From Candidatus Tenderia sp. (GTDB taxonomy: Bacteria > Pseudomonadota > Gammaproteobacteria > Tenderiales > Tenderiaceae), in assembly GCA_031416075.1 (NCBI GenBank), contig JANOSY010000017.1, positions 96,001-160,000 of the forward strand: 64,000 nucleotides of DNA, read 5' to 3'. The notes under the pieces were generated by a model that did not search any database, had not been told where the DNA came from, and was given only the letters and a program-made list of their open reading frames with translations. Positions 19,474 to 29,992 of the stretch are shown piece after piece (the first letter of the stretch is position 1; each line of letters starts with the position of its first letter). A program made the translations under genes and the position numbers.

Positions 19474-20612
19474 TCTACCGCTCCGCCCTTGCTCTCACCC
19501 TTAACATCAACCGCCTGGCCGGGACGCAACCGCTCGTTGCCACGAATCACCACCCGATCGCCCGCCTGCAATGGACCACGCACTTCAATGTAGTCACCCA
19601 CGGCCATGCCCGTCTCCACCGCCACCGGCTGCGCCAGATTGTCATCACCCACTCTGAAGAGCGAGGCACCGCCACGCCGCAGAACCAACGCATCCCGCGA
19701 GACGCTCAATACCTCGCGCGGTTTGGCCGAAGGCAGCGCCACCCGCAACGGCTGCCCCACTGTCCACGCCCCCTCGACCAGATCAATACGTAACATCAAC
19801 AGCCGCGAACGGCTATCCGCCACCGGCACCACGGCGCGGATTCGGCCCACGCCGTTGCCATTGTCCGATTGCAACTCCAGTCGCTGCCCTGCTGTGAGAT
19901 GAGAACGTAGCTTCAACGGTGCCGTCGCCTCAATCTCCATATCATGAGTGGCAACCAAATTCACCACCACATCACCCGCGCCGACCCACTCACCCGCCCG
20001 TTTGAGGCGAGCCGCCACCACCCCAGCAAAGGGGGCCTTAATCGCCGTGCGCGCCAACCGTTCACGCGCCAGATCCAGCCGCGCCACGGCGGCAGCCAGA
20101 GTGCTGGTGGCGATATCATGATCCGCACCGGTCTTTTCCAGCTGTGCTAGCGCCGCATTGTTCTGCTGTGCCAACTGATCCAGGCGCTGCATCTCGCGTT
20201 TGAGAAAGGTCAGATTGGCCTGTTCGCGCGCCACCGCCGCCTCGGCCTCGGCCACATCCACTTTGGGCAGCACATCGTCGATACGCGCCACCGTGGCACC
20301 GGCCGCCAAAATCGTGCCTTCGTCCGCCACCTTGAGCAGACGTCCGGCCACCTCGGCAGCGAGCTGTGCCTCGTTGCGACTGACCACACTGCCCGCCACC
20401 CAGGTGACAGGCGACAACATCCGTAGCGCCGCCTGCTCCACCACTACCGGTGTACTGCGCCCCCCCTCCGCGCCGTTCGCCTGTCCCAATGACAGGGCAA
20501 ACGCTAACGCAGCCCAACGGTACCTACCCTGGAATCGTCTCTGCACAAACAGCAAAACAATACTCCTTAATATAGTGCTAAGGAAACAGCACCCCGCCAC
20601 CCCAGACAACAC
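19470..20612 (-). CDS. RND periplasmic adaptor (membrane fusion protein)
   Basis: Lipoyl halves AEVAGRL / IKAPFAG, coiled hairpin, GDRVVIRG; overlaps the permease; start uncertain. Confidence 0.92.
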   Translation of the reverse strand: MLSGVAGCCFLSTILRSIVLLFVQRRFQGRYRWAALAFALSLGQANGAEGGRSTPVVVEQAALRMLSPVTWVAGSVVSRNEAQLAAEVAGRLLKVADEGTILAAGATVARIDDVLPKVDVAEAEAAVAREQANLTFLKREMQRLDQLAQQNNAALAQLEKTGADHDIATSTLAAAVARLDLARERLARTAIKAPFAGVVAARLKRAGEWVGAGDVVVNLVATHDMEIEATAPLKLRSHLTAGQRLELQSDNGNGVGRIRAVVPVADSRSRLLMLRIDLVEGAWTVGQPLRVALPSAKPREVLSVSRDALVLRRGGASLFRVGDDNLAQPVAVETGMAVGDYIEVRGPLQAGDRVVIRGNERLRPGQAVDVKGESKGGAVE

Positions 20613-20857
20613 TCACTGGAAAAGGGCATGTGCACTCTACTGATTTAACCTACAATTGCGCCACAGAATACCGCAGCAATGCCACAATGGCATTACTATT
20701 CATAATCAATCACCTCTTGATAATCGGGTGGCTGGCGCGACTAGCGCCCCAATTTTCAGACAATTGCTCAACCAACCCTTGGGGCTTGCGTCCGTTATCC
20801 GATATAGTCTGAGGTGTGTACTTAAAAATCAGGCTTGAGGGGACCGATCTACCCAAG

Positions 20858-22714
20858 ATGAAATCTATAAAACTCAACATTCCACAACGGAATAATAACC
20901 CGGCGATCACCATTACCCCCAGTCTTGAGCAGATCAAGGCGGTGCTTCGGGAGCTGCCCCTTGCCAATCCGGAGAAGTGCTGTATCCAGATTTTGCAGGA
21001 GCTATTCCGTCTTAACCGGGCACCATTTGCGGTCAAGGCACGGATCGACATCATGGCGCTGCTGCTACCATCGATAGATGACATGATCAACAGCGTCCGC
21101 AACGGTTATATCAACGACTCACTGCCACTGAGCAACCGTCGCCAGCAGAGTGCCCAGCTGATCAACCGCCTGCTCACGGAGATGAGCTACGGCTACAAAA
21201 CCATCGTCCATGAGCTGCTCGAAGAAGAGGATAGTGCCAACACGGCAACCCGTGCCCATCTGCCACAGGCGATCTATTACGCCATGGGTTTTCTGGCACG
21301 GCTGCTGGTGGATGCCTACGCACTCTACATTCCAGAGCCGCCACAGATATGGCTGGAACTGAATCAACTCTATCTCTATGCCGAAAAGAACCAGCTGCAT
21401 GATATCGAGCTGAACCCGATCAACCCCATACATGAGCCAAAACCAGCCACCATCATCAACAGTTACCGCCGCATCGTGCTGCTGGCAATCGCCAACCCCT
21501 ACCATCTGATGCTGGGCGAGACGGTCAAAATGTATAAAAACCTGATCGACTGGGCACCCCAGTGCCGCATCCTTAACCTGAGCAACAACCGTCTGCCTGA
21601 GGGCAAGCTGTTTGTCGACCTGACCATGGATGCACCGCCACTTTACGCCCCCAAAACCTCCAGTAAACTGCGCCCGATCGAAGGGCGGCAGATAGAGATA
21701 AAAGAGCTGCTGACACTTGTCAGCCAGGAGACCCGCCGCCTGACACTGGCCAAACAGCGTGATTCACTCAGCCACAATCTGGCCAAGCGGATGGAGCGCG
21801 ACATGTACTTCCGCTGGGCCGAAGCGTGGGGCATCCGGCGCGAGCGACTCAGCAACCGCAAACCGGTAGAGCTGCCTGCACGTATGATCTGCGGCCTGAC
21901 CGCCACCCACCACTTTGTCAGTGGCGAAAAAGTGTTCCGGCCGGAAGAAGATGAGCTGCAAATCCGTGGTCGTAACGCCCACGCAGGCGGCAGCACGCTG
22001 ACCCTGCTGGAGGAGGAGCAGACCCCCTGGGCCTTTGAAGACCCACAGAAACATGTGCTCACCTCACTGCATCAACCACGCAAATCACAGTTCAATGCCC
22101 AGCAGGGGGCCCATGAGCGCAATCTCTGGATCAAGGTTTACGCCAACTCCACCCAGGCTATTGATGAGTTTATTACCAACGAGGCCACTCTTTTTGAGTT
22201 TCATGGCTGCGACATCGTCAACTCAAACCAGGGCGGGTTTGGCATTATCTGCCCCCGTTCAAGCCAGCTGCCCGCCCGGGTCGGCGACCTGCTCTCGGCA
22301 CGAACAGAGGGTAACAGCGCCTGGGCCATTGGCCGGGTACAGTGGATGAAGATCAATGGTGACAAGGATGTCTCACAAGGCATCAAGCTGATTGCTGAAG
22401 ATGCACGGGTTATCGCCGTCAAAGCGGTTCAGGGCGTTGGCTGTGGTGGTGAATACTACCGCAGCCTGCTGATTCCCGATCTCGATCCAAAAGAGCATCC
22501 CACCACCATGATCACACCGGCAGCGGTCTATGACATCGGTTCGATTCTGAAAGTGGTGCTGGATGACGAGATTCTTCACGCCCGGCTACTGCGACAGCTC
22601 ACCGCCACCAGTTCGTTTTCACACTACCAGTTTGAGCTGGTTGCACAACCCGTTACCGAAAAAACATTGACCAGTGATCAGGAGGACAAGCTCACCTCCA
22701 GACTCTTTCGCTAA
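20858..22714 (+). CDS. conserved hypothetical protein, helical N-terminus with possible PilZ-like C-terminus
   Basis: LPLANP, NPY motif, R...R followed by N.SQGG.G...W.IG.V.W. Confidence 0.7.
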   Translation: MKSIKLNIPQRNNNPAITITPSLEQIKAVLRELPLANPEKCCIQILQELFRLNRAPFAVKARIDIMALLLPSIDDMINSVRNGYINDSLPLSNRRQQSAQLINRLLTEMSYGYKTIVHELLEEEDSANTATRAHLPQAIYYAMGFLARLLVDAYALYIPEPPQIWLELNQLYLYAEKNQLHDIELNPINPIHEPKPATIINSYRRIVLLAIANPYHLMLGETVKMYKNLIDWAPQCRILNLSNNRLPEGKLFVDLTMDAPPLYAPKTSSKLRPIEGRQIEIKELLTLVSQETRRLTLAKQRDSLSHNLAKRMERDMYFRWAEAWGIRRERLSNRKPVELPARMICGLTATHHFVSGEKVFRPEEDELQIRGRNAHAGGSTLTLLEEEQTPWAFEDPQKHVLTSLHQPRKSQFNAQQGAHERNLWIKVYANSTQAIDEFITNEATLFEFHGCDIVNSNQGGFGIICPRSSQLPARVGDLLSARTEGNSAWAIGRVQWMKINGDKDVSQGIKLIAEDARVIAVKAVQGVGCGGEYYRSLLIPDLDPKEHPTTMITPAAVYDIGSILKVVLDDEILHARLLRQLTATSSFSHYQFELVAQPVTEKTLTSDQEDKLTSRLFR

Positions 22715-22731
22715 CAACGGAGATAGAACGT

Positions 22732-23085
22732 ATGGCTGTTACCCCCGTGCCCCGCATTAAAAATAACGATGTGCTCTATCGCCTACTGCGCGATGGCAAA
22801 ATTGTGGAGTTCAATCAGCAGCGTAGCCACAATGCAACGCTCGACCTCATCAACTGCGATTTCAGGGGCGTTGACCTGCGTGGGCTGGACGCAGCAGGGT
22901 TAGATTTAACCGGTGGCTATTTTCGCCAGGCCGACCTGCGCGGCATTGATTTCACCCTAACCAAAATGGAGGGGGCCAGCATCAACAGCGCCAAAATTTC
23001 CGGCACCTACTTCCCCGCAGAGTTAAGCGCCACTGAAATCGAGCTCTCGCTGATTCACGGTACCCGGATGCGCTACAACAGATAG
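22732..23085 (+). CDS. pentapeptide-repeat protein
   Basis: CDFRG VDLRG LDAAG LDLTG ADLRG repeats. Confidence 0.9.
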   Translation: MAVTPVPRIKNNDVLYRLLRDGKIVEFNQQRSHNATLDLINCDFRGVDLRGLDAAGLDLTGGYFRQADLRGIDFTLTKMEGASINSAKISGTYFPAELSATEIELSLIHGTRMRYNR

Positions 23086-23101
23086 CCCCTCCACACTGGC
23101 A

Positions 23102-23136
23102 GCAGAGGATGGAACACCCCCTGTTCCATCCTCTGC
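23102..23136. terminator. perfect 15-bp hairpin (terminator or stabiliser)
   Basis: GCAGAGGATGGAACA-CCCCC-TGTTCCATCCTCTGC; no T tract. Confidence 0.55.
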
Positions 23137-23229
23137 CAACCATCACAAAACAGCAATTGTGTTTGGTATCCTGCCCATTTCGTGATACCTAATGGGGCTG
23201 CTTAATCAGTAGTATGCCAGCCCATAGCG

Positions 23230-26200
23230 ATGCCGCAGCCACCCTCATCAGAGAGACCCACCACCCCGCCAGCAGATGCTGCCGCGCAACGGGTTGTTAA
23301 AGTCCGGCGCGACTACAACACCTGGGTCGCCAACGAAACCCTGGAGGATTACGCGCTCCGTTTTACACCCCGGTCGTTCCGTAAATGGTCAGAGTGGCGG
23401 GTCGCCAATACCGCCTTTGGCGCGGCGGCGTTTCTGGTGCTGGAGGCGATTGGCGGCACCCTCGCCCTCAACTACGGTTTTACCAACGCCTTCTGGGCGA
23501 TACTCGCCGCCGGGCTGATCATATTTCTCACCGGCCTGCCCATCAGCTACTACGCCGCCAAGTATGGCGTGGATATGGACCTGCTGACCCGTGGCGCAGG
23601 CTTTGGTTACATCGGCTCCACCATCACCTCGTTTGTCTACGCCTCCTTCACCTTTCTGCTGTTTGCGCTGGAGGCGGCCATCATGGCCTATGCCCTGGAG
23701 CTATACTTTCACATTCCGCTCTATCTCGCCTATCTGGTCAGCGCCCTGGTGGTGATTCCACTGGTCACCCACGGCATCACCCTCATCAGTCGCATCCAAC
23801 TGATCACCCAACCGCTCTGGTTGATCATGATGGTCTTGCCGCTGCTGATGGTGCTGCACAAAGAGCCCGACCTCATCTCCGGTCTGGTCAATTTTGGCGG
23901 CAAGGCCGACACCACCCACTTCAACATCTACCTGTTTGGCACCGCCAGCGCCGTGGTGGTGGCGCTGATCACCCAGATTGGTGAACAGGTCGACTACCTG
24001 CGTTTCATGCCCGAGAAGAGCGCCAAAAACCGCCTGCGCTGGTATGCCGGGGTGGTGGTGGCTGGCCCTGGCTGGGTGGTGATCGGCGTGATCAAGATGC
24101 TGATCGGCGCCATGCTCGCCTACCTCGCCATCCGCCATGGCTTTATTGCCGACGACGCCAACAACCCCACCCAGATGTACCTGCTCGGCTACAGCTACGT
24201 CTTTGATGACCGCGACTGGGCCATCCTGGCGACGGTGCTGTTTGTCTGCATCTCCCAGATCAAGATCAACATGACCAACGCCTACGCCGGTTCGCTGGCG
24301 TGGTCCAACTTTTTTGCCCGCCTCACCCATAGCCACCCCGGCCGGGTGGTCTGGATGGTCTTTAACGCCCTGATTGCGGTAATGCTGATGGAGCTGAATG
24401 TCTTCCACGCCCTGGAGCAGGTGCTGGCCCTCTACGCCAACATCGCCATCTCCTGGATTGCCGTGGTGGTGGCCGATCTGGTCATCAACAAACCGCTCAA
24501 ACTCAGCCCCCCCGGCATCGAATTCAAACGCGCCTACCTCTACGACATCAACCCGGTTGGCGTGGGCGCGATGGGGCTCGCCTCGCTGCTCTCCATCTGC
24601 GCCTTCTTTGGCGCCTTTGGTGAACAGGCGCAACCCTTCTCCACCTTCATCGCCTTGATCACCGCCCTCATCACCTCGCCCTTGATCGCCTGGTATACCG
24701 ACGGAAAATATTACATCGCACGGCAACCGGCCGCGTTCAACAGCGCCGCCGGTCTGCTGCGCTGCTGCATCTGTGAACGGGAGTACGAACCGGAAGACAC
24801 CGCCCACTGCACCGCCTATCAAGGCCCCATCTGCTCACTCTGCTGCACCCTTGACGCCCGCTGCAACGACCTCTGCAAACCGCAAGCGGCACGGGTCGCG
24901 GTGCAGAGCGCAACACTGATGCGCAAACTGCTGCCCAAAACGTTGTGGCAACCACTCGAAACCGGACTCGGCCACTATCTCTTGTTGATGGCCGCCATCG
25001 TCGGGCTGCTCGCCGCCGTGCTCGGGCTGATCTACTACCACCAGTTCACCCTGATCGAAGCGATGGCCATCTCGGTGCCCGCGATGCAGCTGCTGTTCCT
25101 CAAGATCTTTGCCGCGCTGGTGTTCCTCAGCGGCATCATCGCCTGGTGGCTGATCCTCACCAGCGAAAGCCGACGTGTGGCGCAAGAGGAGTCCAACCGT
25201 CAGACCAGCCTGCTGATGCAGGAGATCGAATCCCATCGCCGCACCGATGAGCAGTTGCAAAAGGCCAAACAGCAGGCCGACCAGGCCAACCAGGCCAAGA
25301 GCCGTTACATCACCACCATCAGCCACGAGCTGCGCACGCCACTCAACAGCATCCTCGGTTACGCCCAGATTCTGGATGCCGACAAATCAATCCCGGCCCA
25401 TCGTCGCCAGGCGGTCAGCATCATCCGTCGCAGCGGCGACCACCTGCTGTCACTGATCGAAAGCACACTCGACATCGCCCGCATCGAAGGGGGGCGCGTC
25501 AAGCTCGAAGCCAAGCCACTGCACTTCACCGACTTCCTCAAACAGATCGTGCGTATGTTTGAACTCCAGGCCCTCAACAAAGGGATCGACTTCCACTACG
25601 AACCCGCCGACAAATTGCCGCTGGCCGTGCGTGCCGACAAACGCCGCCTGGGGCAGATCCTGATCAACATCCTCGGCAACGCCGTCAAATTCACCCAGCA
25701 CGGCCAAGTGACATTCCAGGTGCGGCACGTGCGTGAAATGGCGATCTTCGAAATCAAAGACTCCGGCCCCGGCATCCCGCCGCAAGAGCTGGAGCAGATC
25801 TTCGAACCGTTTGCCCGCGGCAGTAACAGCAGCAGCACCAGCAGCAGCGGCACCGGTCTGGGGCTAACCGTCAGCAACATGCTCACCAACCTGATGGGCG
25901 GCGAGCTATCAGCACACAGCGCACAAGGGGCAGGCAGCACCTTTCAGATACGGCTGTTCCTGCCCGAAGTGCGCGACTTCAAACCCAGCAAGGCAGAGAC
26001 AACACAACGCATCGGTTATGTGGGCAAACGCCGCAGCGTGTTGATTGTGGACAACGAAGCCGTCGATCGAGAACTGCTCGCCAGCGTGCTGGAGCCACTA
26101 GACTTCCAGGTACAACAAGCCGCCTCCGGCGCCGAGGCACTGGCAATGCTGCACGACTTCACACCCGACCTGATCCTGATGGATCTCGCCATGCCCGGCA

Positions 26201-26670
26201 TCGACGGCTGGGAGACCATCCGCCGCATCCGCCAGCAACAACTCACCACCGCACAGATCGCCATCGTCTCCGCCAACGCCTTCGACAAAGGGTTGGAAAA
26301 CGACGCCGGCATCACCCCCGACAACTTCATCGTCAAACCGGTGCAGGTAGATGAGTTTCTCGACTGGCTCGGTGCTTGTCTCAATCTTGAATGGATAAAA
26401 CAGGAATTTGAGACACTGCAAGATCTCGTCATCGCAGATGATTACACAGAGATGCACTACCCACCCGAAACGCTACTGCGCGACCTGGATGAGGTAATCT
26501 CATTAGGCTACGTGCGCGGCATACTAAAAAAATGTGACGAGATCGAAGCCGCCGACAAACAACACAACCACTTTGTCAGCGCCATACGCACACTCACCAG
26601 CCAGTTTCAGATGGAGGCGTTAGCGCAACTAGTAAAAGAGGGATTGATCCGTGCCAGAACACCATCCTGA
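23230..26670 (+). CDS. hybrid sensor histidine kinase with N-terminal NCS1/permease-like domain and Cys-rich linker
   Basis: More than 12 hydrophobic segments, Cys cluster, SHELRTPLN, N/G1/F/G2 boxes, receiver DLILMDLAMP. Confidence 0.93.
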   Translation: MPQPPSSERPTTPPADAAAQRVVKVRRDYNTWVANETLEDYALRFTPRSFRKWSEWRVANTAFGAAAFLVLEAIGGTLALNYGFTNAFWAILAAGLIIFLTGLPISYYAAKYGVDMDLLTRGAGFGYIGSTITSFVYASFTFLLFALEAAIMAYALELYFHIPLYLAYLVSALVVIPLVTHGITLISRIQLITQPLWLIMMVLPLLMVLHKEPDLISGLVNFGGKADTTHFNIYLFGTASAVVVALITQIGEQVDYLRFMPEKSAKNRLRWYAGVVVAGPGWVVIGVIKMLIGAMLAYLAIRHGFIADDANNPTQMYLLGYSYVFDDRDWAILATVLFVCISQIKINMTNAYAGSLAWSNFFARLTHSHPGRVVWMVFNALIAVMLMELNVFHALEQVLALYANIAISWIAVVVADLVINKPLKLSPPGIEFKRAYLYDINPVGVGAMGLASLLSICAFFGAFGEQAQPFSTFIALITALITSPLIAWYTDGKYYIARQPAAFNSAAGLLRCCICEREYEPEDTAHCTAYQGPICSLCCTLDARCNDLCKPQAARVAVQSATLMRKLLPKTLWQPLETGLGHYLLLMAAIVGLLAAVLGLIYYHQFTLIEAMAISVPAMQLLFLKIFAALVFLSGIIAWWLILTSESRRVAQEESNRQTSLLMQEIESHRRTDEQLQKAKQQADQANQAKSRYITTISHELRTPLNSILGYAQILDADKSIPAHRRQAVSIIRRSGDHLLSLIESTLDIARIEGGRVKLEAKPLHFTDFLKQIVRMFELQALNKGIDFHYEPADKLPLAVRADKRRLGQILINILGNAVKFTQHGQVTFQVRHVREMAIFEIKDSGPGIPPQELEQIFEPFARGSNSSSTSSSGTGLGLTVSNMLTNLMGGELSAHSAQGAGSTFQIRLFLPEVRDFKPSKAETTQRIGYVGKRRSVLIVDNEAVDRELLASVLEPLDFQVQQAASGAEALAMLHDFTPDLILMDLAMPGIDGWETIRRIRQQQLTTAQIAIVSANAFDKGLENDAGITPDNFIVKPVQVDEFLDWLGACLNLEWIKQEFETLQDLVIADDYTEMHYPPETLLRDLDEVISLGYVRGILKKCDEIEAADKQHNHFVSAIRTLTSQFQMEALAQLVKEGLIRARTPS

Positions 26671-27592
26671 CCAGACCACTATCGGAACAGTTCTGATCGT
26701 GGACGACATTCCAGAAAACCTATCGCTGCTGCACGACGCACTCGACGAAGCAGACTACAAAGTACTGGTCGCCACCAACGGCGAAAGCGCCATTCAACGC
26801 GCACGCCAGGGCGCACCCAATGTCATCCTGCTCGACGCCATGATGCCCGGCATGGACGGCTTTGAAGTCTGCCGCCGCCTCAAGGCCGACTACACCACCC
26901 AACAGATCCCCATCATCTTCATGACCGGACTCACAGAGTCGCAACACGTCGTCGCCGCCTTTGATGCTGGCGGCACCGACTACGTCACCAAACCGATCAA
27001 ACCGCCCGAAGTGCTTGCCCGCATCAACGCACACCTGCAACGCGCCCGCGCCACCTCCCAGGCACGCACAGCACTCGACGCCTTTGGCCAGGCCACCATC
27101 GCCATCAACCTGCACGACAAAATACTCACCTGGCAAACGCCGTTAGCACGACAGATGCTACACGAGTTTTTTGATGCGCCTGACGGAGTAGCACCCGCGC
27201 AACTGCTGGAGTGGCTGCACAACACCATCGACGCACGGGCAGCGGGCAACGCCCCAACACCACTGCAAAAAACGGACAACAACAAACGGCTCATCGTCAC
27301 CCTCTCAGCCCACACCGACGAAGGCGAATGGCTGCTCATGCTGCGCGAAGAGTCCGACGCCGCACAGATCGAAACACTCATCAGTGCCTTCAAACTCACG
27401 CAGCGCGAAGCAGAAGTGCTCTACTGGGTAGCCAAAGGCAAAACCAGCCGCGACATCGGCGACATCCTCGGCAGCAGCCCACGCACCGTCAACAAACACC
27501 TCGAACACATCTTTACCAAACTCGGCGTAGAGACACGCACCGCCGCAGTGGCGATGGCGATGGAAAAATTTCGCACCGGCCTGACAACCTAA
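26651..27592 (+). CDS. response regulator, REC plus LuxR-type HTH
   Basis: LIVDD, LLDAMMP, DYVTKP, LTQREAEVLYWVAKGK..TVNKHLE. Confidence 0.94.
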   Translation: MPEHHPDQTTIGTVLIVDDIPENLSLLHDALDEADYKVLVATNGESAIQRARQGAPNVILLDAMMPGMDGFEVCRRLKADYTTQQIPIIFMTGLTESQHVVAAFDAGGTDYVTKPIKPPEVLARINAHLQRARATSQARTALDAFGQATIAINLHDKILTWQTPLARQMLHEFFDAPDGVAPAQLLEWLHNTIDARAAGNAPTPLQKTDNNKRLIVTLSAHTDEGEWLLMLREESDAAQIETLISAFKLTQREAEVLYWVAKGKTSRDIGDILGSSPRTVNKHLEHIFTKLGVETRTAAVAMAMEKFRTGLTT

Positions 27593-27607
27593 CTTGTATC
27601 AACAATG

Positions 27608-27653
27608 TTGCAACATCGCTTTCGCCGGCCTATAGTATCTACATTAACGATAC
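27608..27653 (+). promoter_or_regulatory. mazEF promoter and operator
   Basis: TTGCAA-17 nt-TATAGT (27608-27636); overlapping inverted repeat GTATC-N9-GATAC. Confidence 0.7.
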
Positions 27654-27668
27654 GCAAGGAGATTCAAT

Positions 27669-27911
27669 ATGCGCGTAACAATTAAAAAGTGGGGCAACAG
27701 TGCATCCGTTCGGATACCTGCATCGGTAATGCAAGCCGCCCACCTACAGTTGGATGAGGATGTCGAGGTCCGAGAAGAAGATGGTCGAATTGTTATAGAA
27801 CCCGTTCGCCCAGCTTTATATGATCTTTCCCTGCTCCTGGATGGCATCACCGCTGACAACATGCACACAGAAGTTGATTTCGGGGCGCCAGCTGGAAAGG
27901 AACTGCTCTAA
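27669..27911 (+). CDS. mazE: MazE antitoxin (AbrB fold)
   Basis: KKWGNSASVRIP, LLDGIT..N.H.EVDFG...GKE. Confidence 0.95.
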   Translation: MRVTIKKWGNSASVRIPASVMQAAHLQLDEDVEVREEDGRIVIEPVRPALYDLSLLLDGITADNMHTEVDFGAPAGKELL

Positions 27912-28243
27912 TGCCAAACCGCTATGTACCTGAGTCAGGCGATATTGTTTGGCTACAGTTCGACCCCCAGGCAGGTCATGAACAGGCGGGCCATCGACCG
28001 GCATTAGTGATCAGTCCCGCATCCTACAATGGCAAAACAGGTCTTATGGTCTGCTGCCCCATGACCAGCAAAATCAAAGGCTACCCATTCGAAGTTGTCA
28101 TTGGTAAAGGTCGTGAAGGCGCGGCACTGGCCGACCAGATAAAAAGTCTGGATTGGCGGGCACGTAAAGCAACCCGCAAAGGTAAAGCCTCGGGATCTGA
28201 GCTACAGGAGGTTAAGGCCAAGATCGCAGCTCTATTGTTATAG
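27911..28243 (+). CDS. mazF: MazF endoribonuclease toxin
   Basis: GDIVWLQFDPQAGHEQAGHRPALVISP, KGYPFEV, DQIKSLDWRAR. Confidence 0.96.
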   Translation: MPNRYVPESGDIVWLQFDPQAGHEQAGHRPALVISPASYNGKTGLMVCCPMTSKIKGYPFEVVIGKGREGAALADQIKSLDWRARKATRKGKASGSELQEVKAKIAALLL

Positions 28244-28480
28244 CAAGAGCTATTAGAATCTCTACATCATTTAAAAAGCATCCACTTACATAAAAAATAC
28301 CTGCTTGAAAAATTAGGGAATCGCTTAAAATGACACGCCAATATTAAAAATTTCCCCCTGTTGTCAGGCCAACAAAGTATATGTAGCCATGCTTTTTTGT
28401 CATTCACAGGGGAACCGAGTATAAACTCTAAAGCAGGTAACATCCTAAACCGGGGTGTTTAAACATGTTATAAAACAATA

Positions 28481-29119
28481 ATGAGCCTAGATCTAATCAC
28501 AATAATTTTATCCCTGATTTCCCTCTACGTCTCAGTCAGAGTCGCTTGGGAAACAAGCTTCAGACCTGCAAAAATTGTAGCCGTCATGCCGCATTGCGTA
28601 ATGTGGCAATTCTCATCATGGAAAGGAGACAGACCAACTGGTGATGTGATTAGCCGGCAAATGACGCCGTATCTTAGGATTAGAAATTTTGGTATAAAGC
28701 CTGTTGTTATAGAAGACCTCAGAATTAAATTCAAAACCCAAAATTCTGCTGTATTCGCTTATCCTGTTAACAAGGTAGCGGATGAAGTTATAGAGGCACC
28801 AGGAAATAATAATCAGCAGCTTGGCTTGGGTCAAGGCGCTCCATTTTGCGGGATTTTCTTAGCCGCGAATCAAGAATGGAAAAATTCATATGCATTTTCC
28901 ATGAGCGTAAATGACTACGAAATACTAATCCAAGACGTAAATGTATATGTTGAAATTAGAACAGGAGGAAGCAATAAATGGAAAACAATACACAAGGATA
29001 TTTTTTCGTTCGGTAGCATGCCATATCATTTGCGCCCATTAAAAACTGATACTACCGCTACTGGATCTAGGAATAGCCATGTTTATTCTAAAAGATGGAA
29101 TGATGCACATGGAAAATAA
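28481..29119 (+). CDS. hypothetical protein with N-terminal transmembrane helix (gene-cassette-like)
   Basis: AT-rich ORF followed directly by an attC-like site. Confidence 0.75.
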   Translation: MSLDLITIILSLISLYVSVRVAWETSFRPAKIVAVMPHCVMWQFSSWKGDRPTGDVISRQMTPYLRIRNFGIKPVVIEDLRIKFKTQNSAVFAYPVNKVADEVIEAPGNNNQQLGLGQGAPFCGIFLAANQEWKNSYAFSMSVNDYEILIQDVNVYVEIRTGGSNKWKTIHKDIFSFGSMPYHLRPLKTDTTATGSRNSHVYSKRWNDAHGK

Positions 29120-29122
29120 GTT

Positions 29123-29186
29123 TTCTAACAACTCGTTTAAGTTATGCTCACGCTAATCACACGGCCACTTAACTCAAACGTTAGGC
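29123..29186 (+). other. integron attC-like recombination site
   Basis: TTCTAAC 3 nt after the stop, inner TTAAG/CTTAA boxes, terminal GTTAGGC (GTTRRRY); 64 bp. Confidence 0.65.
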
Positions 29187-29335
29187 CAGCACATTTTAAG
29201 AGCAGTATGATGAATAAAACAATCTTAACCACGAGCATTCTGTTGTTATCCTTACTCTCAGGCCAGAGTAATGCAGATAATATTTCTAGATATGCAATAG
29301 GTAGTACCGGCTATCTAATGAAGCAATAAGCAATA

Positions 29336-29348
29336 GGGGACAGACCAC
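29336..29348 (+). repeat. GGGGACAGACCAC motif (related copies at 31785-31823)
   Basis: Direct-repeat motif followed by a T-rich tail at both sites. Confidence 0.55.
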
Positions 29349-29392
29349 TGTATTTTCCTAAATACTGATCCAACCAATCAAAAGGAAACACC

Positions 29393-29992
29393 ATGATCGT
29401 AATTGACAAAGACGGAAAGGTCGTTGATAAAAAAATAAAATTAAAAATAGTTCCTGCGATTGAGAAAAATCCAATGGCAAAAGTCAGAGGAATAATAATA
29501 CATCAAACAGGAGGGTCAACCGCCGAATCCGCATTCAACAGTTATAAAACGGGTAGCGCGGGTGCTCATTTCCTTATCGATAAAGATGGGGCAATTTATC
29601 AAACTGCTTCAGTTATAAAACAGACTTGGCATGTTGGTAAGTTAAGATCACGGTGCCTGGCAGAAATGACATGCACGGCAACAGAACTCAGTTTACTCAA
29701 AAAATTCGATCCTACTCGGACACATCGTAGAGAAACAGGAAAGAACGTTCCCGATCGATACCCTTCAAACCAAGATAGTATAGGCATCGAAATTGTAGGC
29801 CAGGCGTTACCTTTAACGGAACCCGATCCAGATAAAAGAAGTTATGAGGCACTAACCAAAGAACAGAGCGAACAGCTAAAGTGGCTTATTCAGGAGCTAA
29901 GGGCATCCCTTAAGGTACCTTTGACAGAAATTTTTCGGCATCCTACGGTCTCTTATAAGAACAAAACAGAGGCGGGGAATGCGTCATGGTGA
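29393..29992 (+). CDS. N-acetylmuramoyl-L-alanine amidase (Amidase_2/PGRP fold), no signal peptide
   Basis: IIIHQT, AHFLIDKDG.IYQ, WHVG, N..SIGIE, IFRH. Confidence 0.88.
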   Translation: MIVIDKDGKVVDKKIKLKIVPAIEKNPMAKVRGIIIHQTGGSTAESAFNSYKTGSAGAHFLIDKDGAIYQTASVIKQTWHVGKLRSRCLAEMTCTATELSLLKKFDPTRTHRRETGKNVPDRYPSNQDSIGIEIVGQALPLTEPDPDKRSYEALTKEQSEQLKWLIQELRASLKVPLTEIFRHPTVSYKNKTEAGNASW

